IMG/VR virus record: IMGVR_UViG_3300046738_000027
Coordinates: 1 to 43,738 of that record
Length of the DNA stretch: 43,738 nucleotides
From: a virus
Taxonomy: Duplodnaviria; Caudoviricetes
Reading direction: 5' to 3' (one strand)
The notes below the pieces were generated by a model that saw only the letters and a list, made by a program, of their open reading frames with translations, did no database searches and was not told where the DNA came from. A program made the position numbers and the translations under genes. Below, one piece after another: positions 41,682 to 43,738 of the stretch (position 1 is its first letter; the number at the start of each line of letters is the position of its first letter).

Positions 41682-42287
41682 ATGACAGTGATTCCCTTCC
41701 CGACCCCCGGTGCGCCCGGGGGCGTCTGCAACGTCTGCAAGCGCGAGACCGGCAACCTCCCGCGCCACCGGCCGGCCTGCGCGCGCCTGCATGGCCGCCC
41801 GGCGCTCGGTATCAACCTCACCCCCGAGGACGAGGCGCTCATCCGGCGCGCGGGCACGCACGCTGCTCATGAGCACACCCTGCCGGCCGCTCAGCGCTGG
41901 CACGGTGGGGTGAACGATCTGGACGTGGCCCGGCTGGTCTTCCAGCTCGAGCGCGGCCTGATGATCGTGCCGTCTCACGGTGGCCGGACCTGGGTTCCGC
42001 TGGAGCCGATGCCGGCCATGCGGATGAGCCTTACGGGCATCGTGAACGAGGCGCTGAGGCTCCAGGTGGTCCGTCACGGCACCGAGCGCACCGGGGCCAG
42101 CGCCTACCGCACGTTCCTGACTCCCGCGGTCACACACGCGCGCTCAGCGGCCGCGCCGGGCCGTCCCGCGTGCGGTCTGCACCGGATGGGGCCGGTGCGC
42201 TGGCGCTTGCTGGACTCCGATGACCTGATGTACGTGGATTGTCAGGGTTGCATGGACCAGGTATCGTCTCGTATAGTACAGATATGA
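41682..42287 (+). CDS. Hypothetical Cys-rich protein
   Basis: CNVC...H...C and H...CG...C..C. Confidence 0.65.
   Translation: MTVIPFPTPGAPGGVCNVCKRETGNLPRHRPACARLHGRPALGINLTPEDEALIRRAGTHAAHEHTLPAAQRWHGGVNDLDVARLVFQLERGLMIVPSHGGRTWVPLEPMPAMRMSLTGIVNEALRLQVVRHGTERTGASAYRTFLTPAVTHARSAAAPGRPACGLHRMGPVRWRLLDSDDLMYVDCQGCMDQVSSRIVQI
42248..42283 (+). promoter_or_regulatory. Leaderless promoter
   Basis: TTGCAT-18 nt-TATAGT-6 nt-ATG. Confidence 0.6.
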
Positions 42288-42607
42288 ATACCTCTACTCA
42301 GGCACAGCCGAACGGTGAAGCGCCAGCCGTTCAGGCGTACTCGTTCGGCCCCCGCATGGCCAAGGCCTGGCAGGATCTTTGGAACCGGCTGGACCGGGTG
42401 AAGTTCATCGAGGCAATCGAGCTGGCAGAGGCGGTAGCCGAACAGCACGACCTGAAGCCTTCCTCCCTCATCAGCCACCTGCATCGCATGGCTTCGGAGG
42501 GTCACTTGGCGCACGAGGTTCGCAGTGTTCAGGTGCCGGTTACCCGGCAGGGGTCCTCGTTCACGGCCAAGCGGAACCGGACGTTCTACAAGATCGCGTC
42601 CCAGTGA
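42284..42607 (+). CDS. Putative winged-helix DNA-binding protein
   Basis: AIELAEAV...KPSSLISHLHRMASEGHL...RTFYKI pattern. Confidence 0.55.
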   Translation: MNTSTQAQPNGEAPAVQAYSFGPRMAKAWQDLWNRLDRVKFIEAIELAEAVAEQHDLKPSSLISHLHRMASEGHLAHEVRSVQVPVTRQGSSFTAKRNRTFYKIASQ

Positions 42608-42825
42608 CCGCCGATGCGGTGGAGTACATCGAGAGCGAGCGCATCCTCAGCAAGGAGGACGGTGATGCACTCCTTGCGATGTCTCAGGGCTGTCCGTATC
42701 TCTTCCTCTGGGTTCACCATGAGGGGGACGGGCTCGGTATCAAGATCGAGACCGGTGGTGGCGTCCATGACTCGGCCATGGTGCGCAAGATTCTCCGGAT
42801 GGCACTGGAAGCGATTCCGGAATGA
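42604..42825 (+). CDS. Hypothetical protein
   Basis: GTGA and ATGA overlaps. Confidence 0.55.
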   Translation: MTADAVEYIESERILSKEDGDALLAMSQGCPYLFLWVHHEGDGLGIKIETGGGVHDSAMVRKILRMALEAIPE

Positions 42826-43280
42826 CCACCCAGACCGTTGCTGAACCGTTCCCGGGCTGGGACCCTCCGCCCGGGATGCAGCGTGTCATCTCCAGCGCCT
42901 GGGCCCGTTTCTACCGGGCCTGCTGGGGCCTCTACCGGCTCAGCCCCGTGGAGTACCGCGCGCTCTACCTGGCCCAGTCCGGCCGGTGCTTCATCTGTCG
43001 CAAGGCCAGGGGCGTCCACCCGGACGATCCCAAAGGCCGCGGTGGACGCCGGCTCGGCGTGGACCACAACCACCTCATCACCGGCCGCGGGGCCGTCCGC
43101 GGCCTGCTATGCACCGGGAGCTTGAGCGCCAATACCTGCAACCGGCTCATTGCGCACTATGACGTGCGGATGCTGGAGCGCGCCGTGGAGCATCTCAAGG
43201 AGGCGCCGGCCCAGGGTCTGCTGAGGTGGCGGGACGAGGCCAAGCCCAGTGATGACGCGATCACCGGGTGGTTGACATGA
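42822..43280 (+). CDS. Endonuclease VII-like protein
   Basis: Q.GRCFIC, VDHNH and VRGLLC...CN motifs. Confidence 0.88.
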   Translation: MTTQTVAEPFPGWDPPPGMQRVISSAWARFYRACWGLYRLSPVEYRALYLAQSGRCFICRKARGVHPDDPKGRGGRRLGVDHNHLITGRGAVRGLLCTGSLSANTCNRLIAHYDVRMLERAVEHLKEAPAQGLLRWRDEAKPSDDAITGWLT

Positions 43281-43513
43281 GGGCGATTCTGAGCCGCTGG
43301 CGTCGAGTGCGCCGAGCGCGTCGAGATTTCGAGGCCGCGCGTCTGGGATTTTTCCGATCCTATGATGAATATCAGGACATGGGCGTAATCATGCGTGGTG
43401 CCGATCCGGGTGAATGGGGCAGGGTCATGACCCCCATTCAAGACCAGACGCACGAGTGGTCCGAGCGGATGCGCCAGACCAGAGCCACGCTCGAACGGCT
43501 GGAACGGCCATGA
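43277..43513 (+). CDS. Hypothetical protein
   Basis: ATGA overlaps at both ends. Confidence 0.55.
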   Translation: MRAILSRWRRVRRARRDFEAARLGFFRSYDEYQDMGVIMRGADPGEWGRVMTPIQDQTHEWSERMRQTRATLERLERP

Positions 43514-43738
43514 TCGATGCCATCACCCTGCTGCGCGCCCGAGAAGCTGGCCTGCCCGCGGCCGAGAGTCACCCCGATCCGCCGCTGGCCTGCTACCCGC
43601 TCAAGGTGGATTGGCTGAACGCCGGTGGGTATGCCCCGGATGTGAAGCGCTTCCCCGAGCCGGCCGTCCCGGCGCATCTCGCCCCGGCCGAGACCTGGCC
43701 CGCCCCCGTCAAGACGGTGTGCGGCCTGGCCTGGAGTC
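43510..43738 (+). CDS. 5' part of the junction-spanning hypothetical gene
   Basis: Open to the window end; continues at position 35. Confidence 0.7.
   Translation, partial: MIDAITLLRAREAGLPAAESHPDPPLACYPLKVDWLNAGGYAPDVKRFPEPAVPAHLAPAETWPAPVKTVCGLAWS
43705..43738. repeat. Terminal direct repeat, right copy
   Basis: 33 of 34 bases identical to 1-34. Confidence 0.9.

Noticed and set aside
1-43738. CRISPR array, integrase/attP, DNA polymerase, rRNA
   Set aside because: No regularly spaced repeats or diagnostic motifs seen; the TGGCCA arrays are irregular and intragenic

Overview
The window is an apparently complete, circularly closable genome (34-bp end overlap, one ORF reading through the junction) of a high-GC siphovirus-like actinobacteriophage; the host is probably a filamentous actinomycete (inference). 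The left half (about 0.3-22.3 kb, + strand) has packaging, HK97-type head, tail and lysis genes. The right half has an accessory block, recombination, helicase and Mom-like genes (- strand) and a RecD-like helicase, primase-helicase and putative origin (+ strand). I recognised no integrase, DNA polymerase or classic repressor. Main signals: (1) a promoter-driven, highly structured non-coding region at 30.43-31.35 kb with two non-canonical tRNA-like modules and a pseudoknotted leader; (2) a Streptomyces-plasmid-type TraB/FtsK translocase and a membrane-anchored HTH protein whose genes each embed about 25 TGGCCA palindromes, suggesting a phage-plasmid that spreads by conjugative DNA translocation; (3) a near-palindromic extended -10 motif (TCTGCTATAGTAGA-like) in about 14 strong copies that drives many leaderless mini-genes. 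All calls come from reading motifs by eye; no searches were run, and counts are manual.
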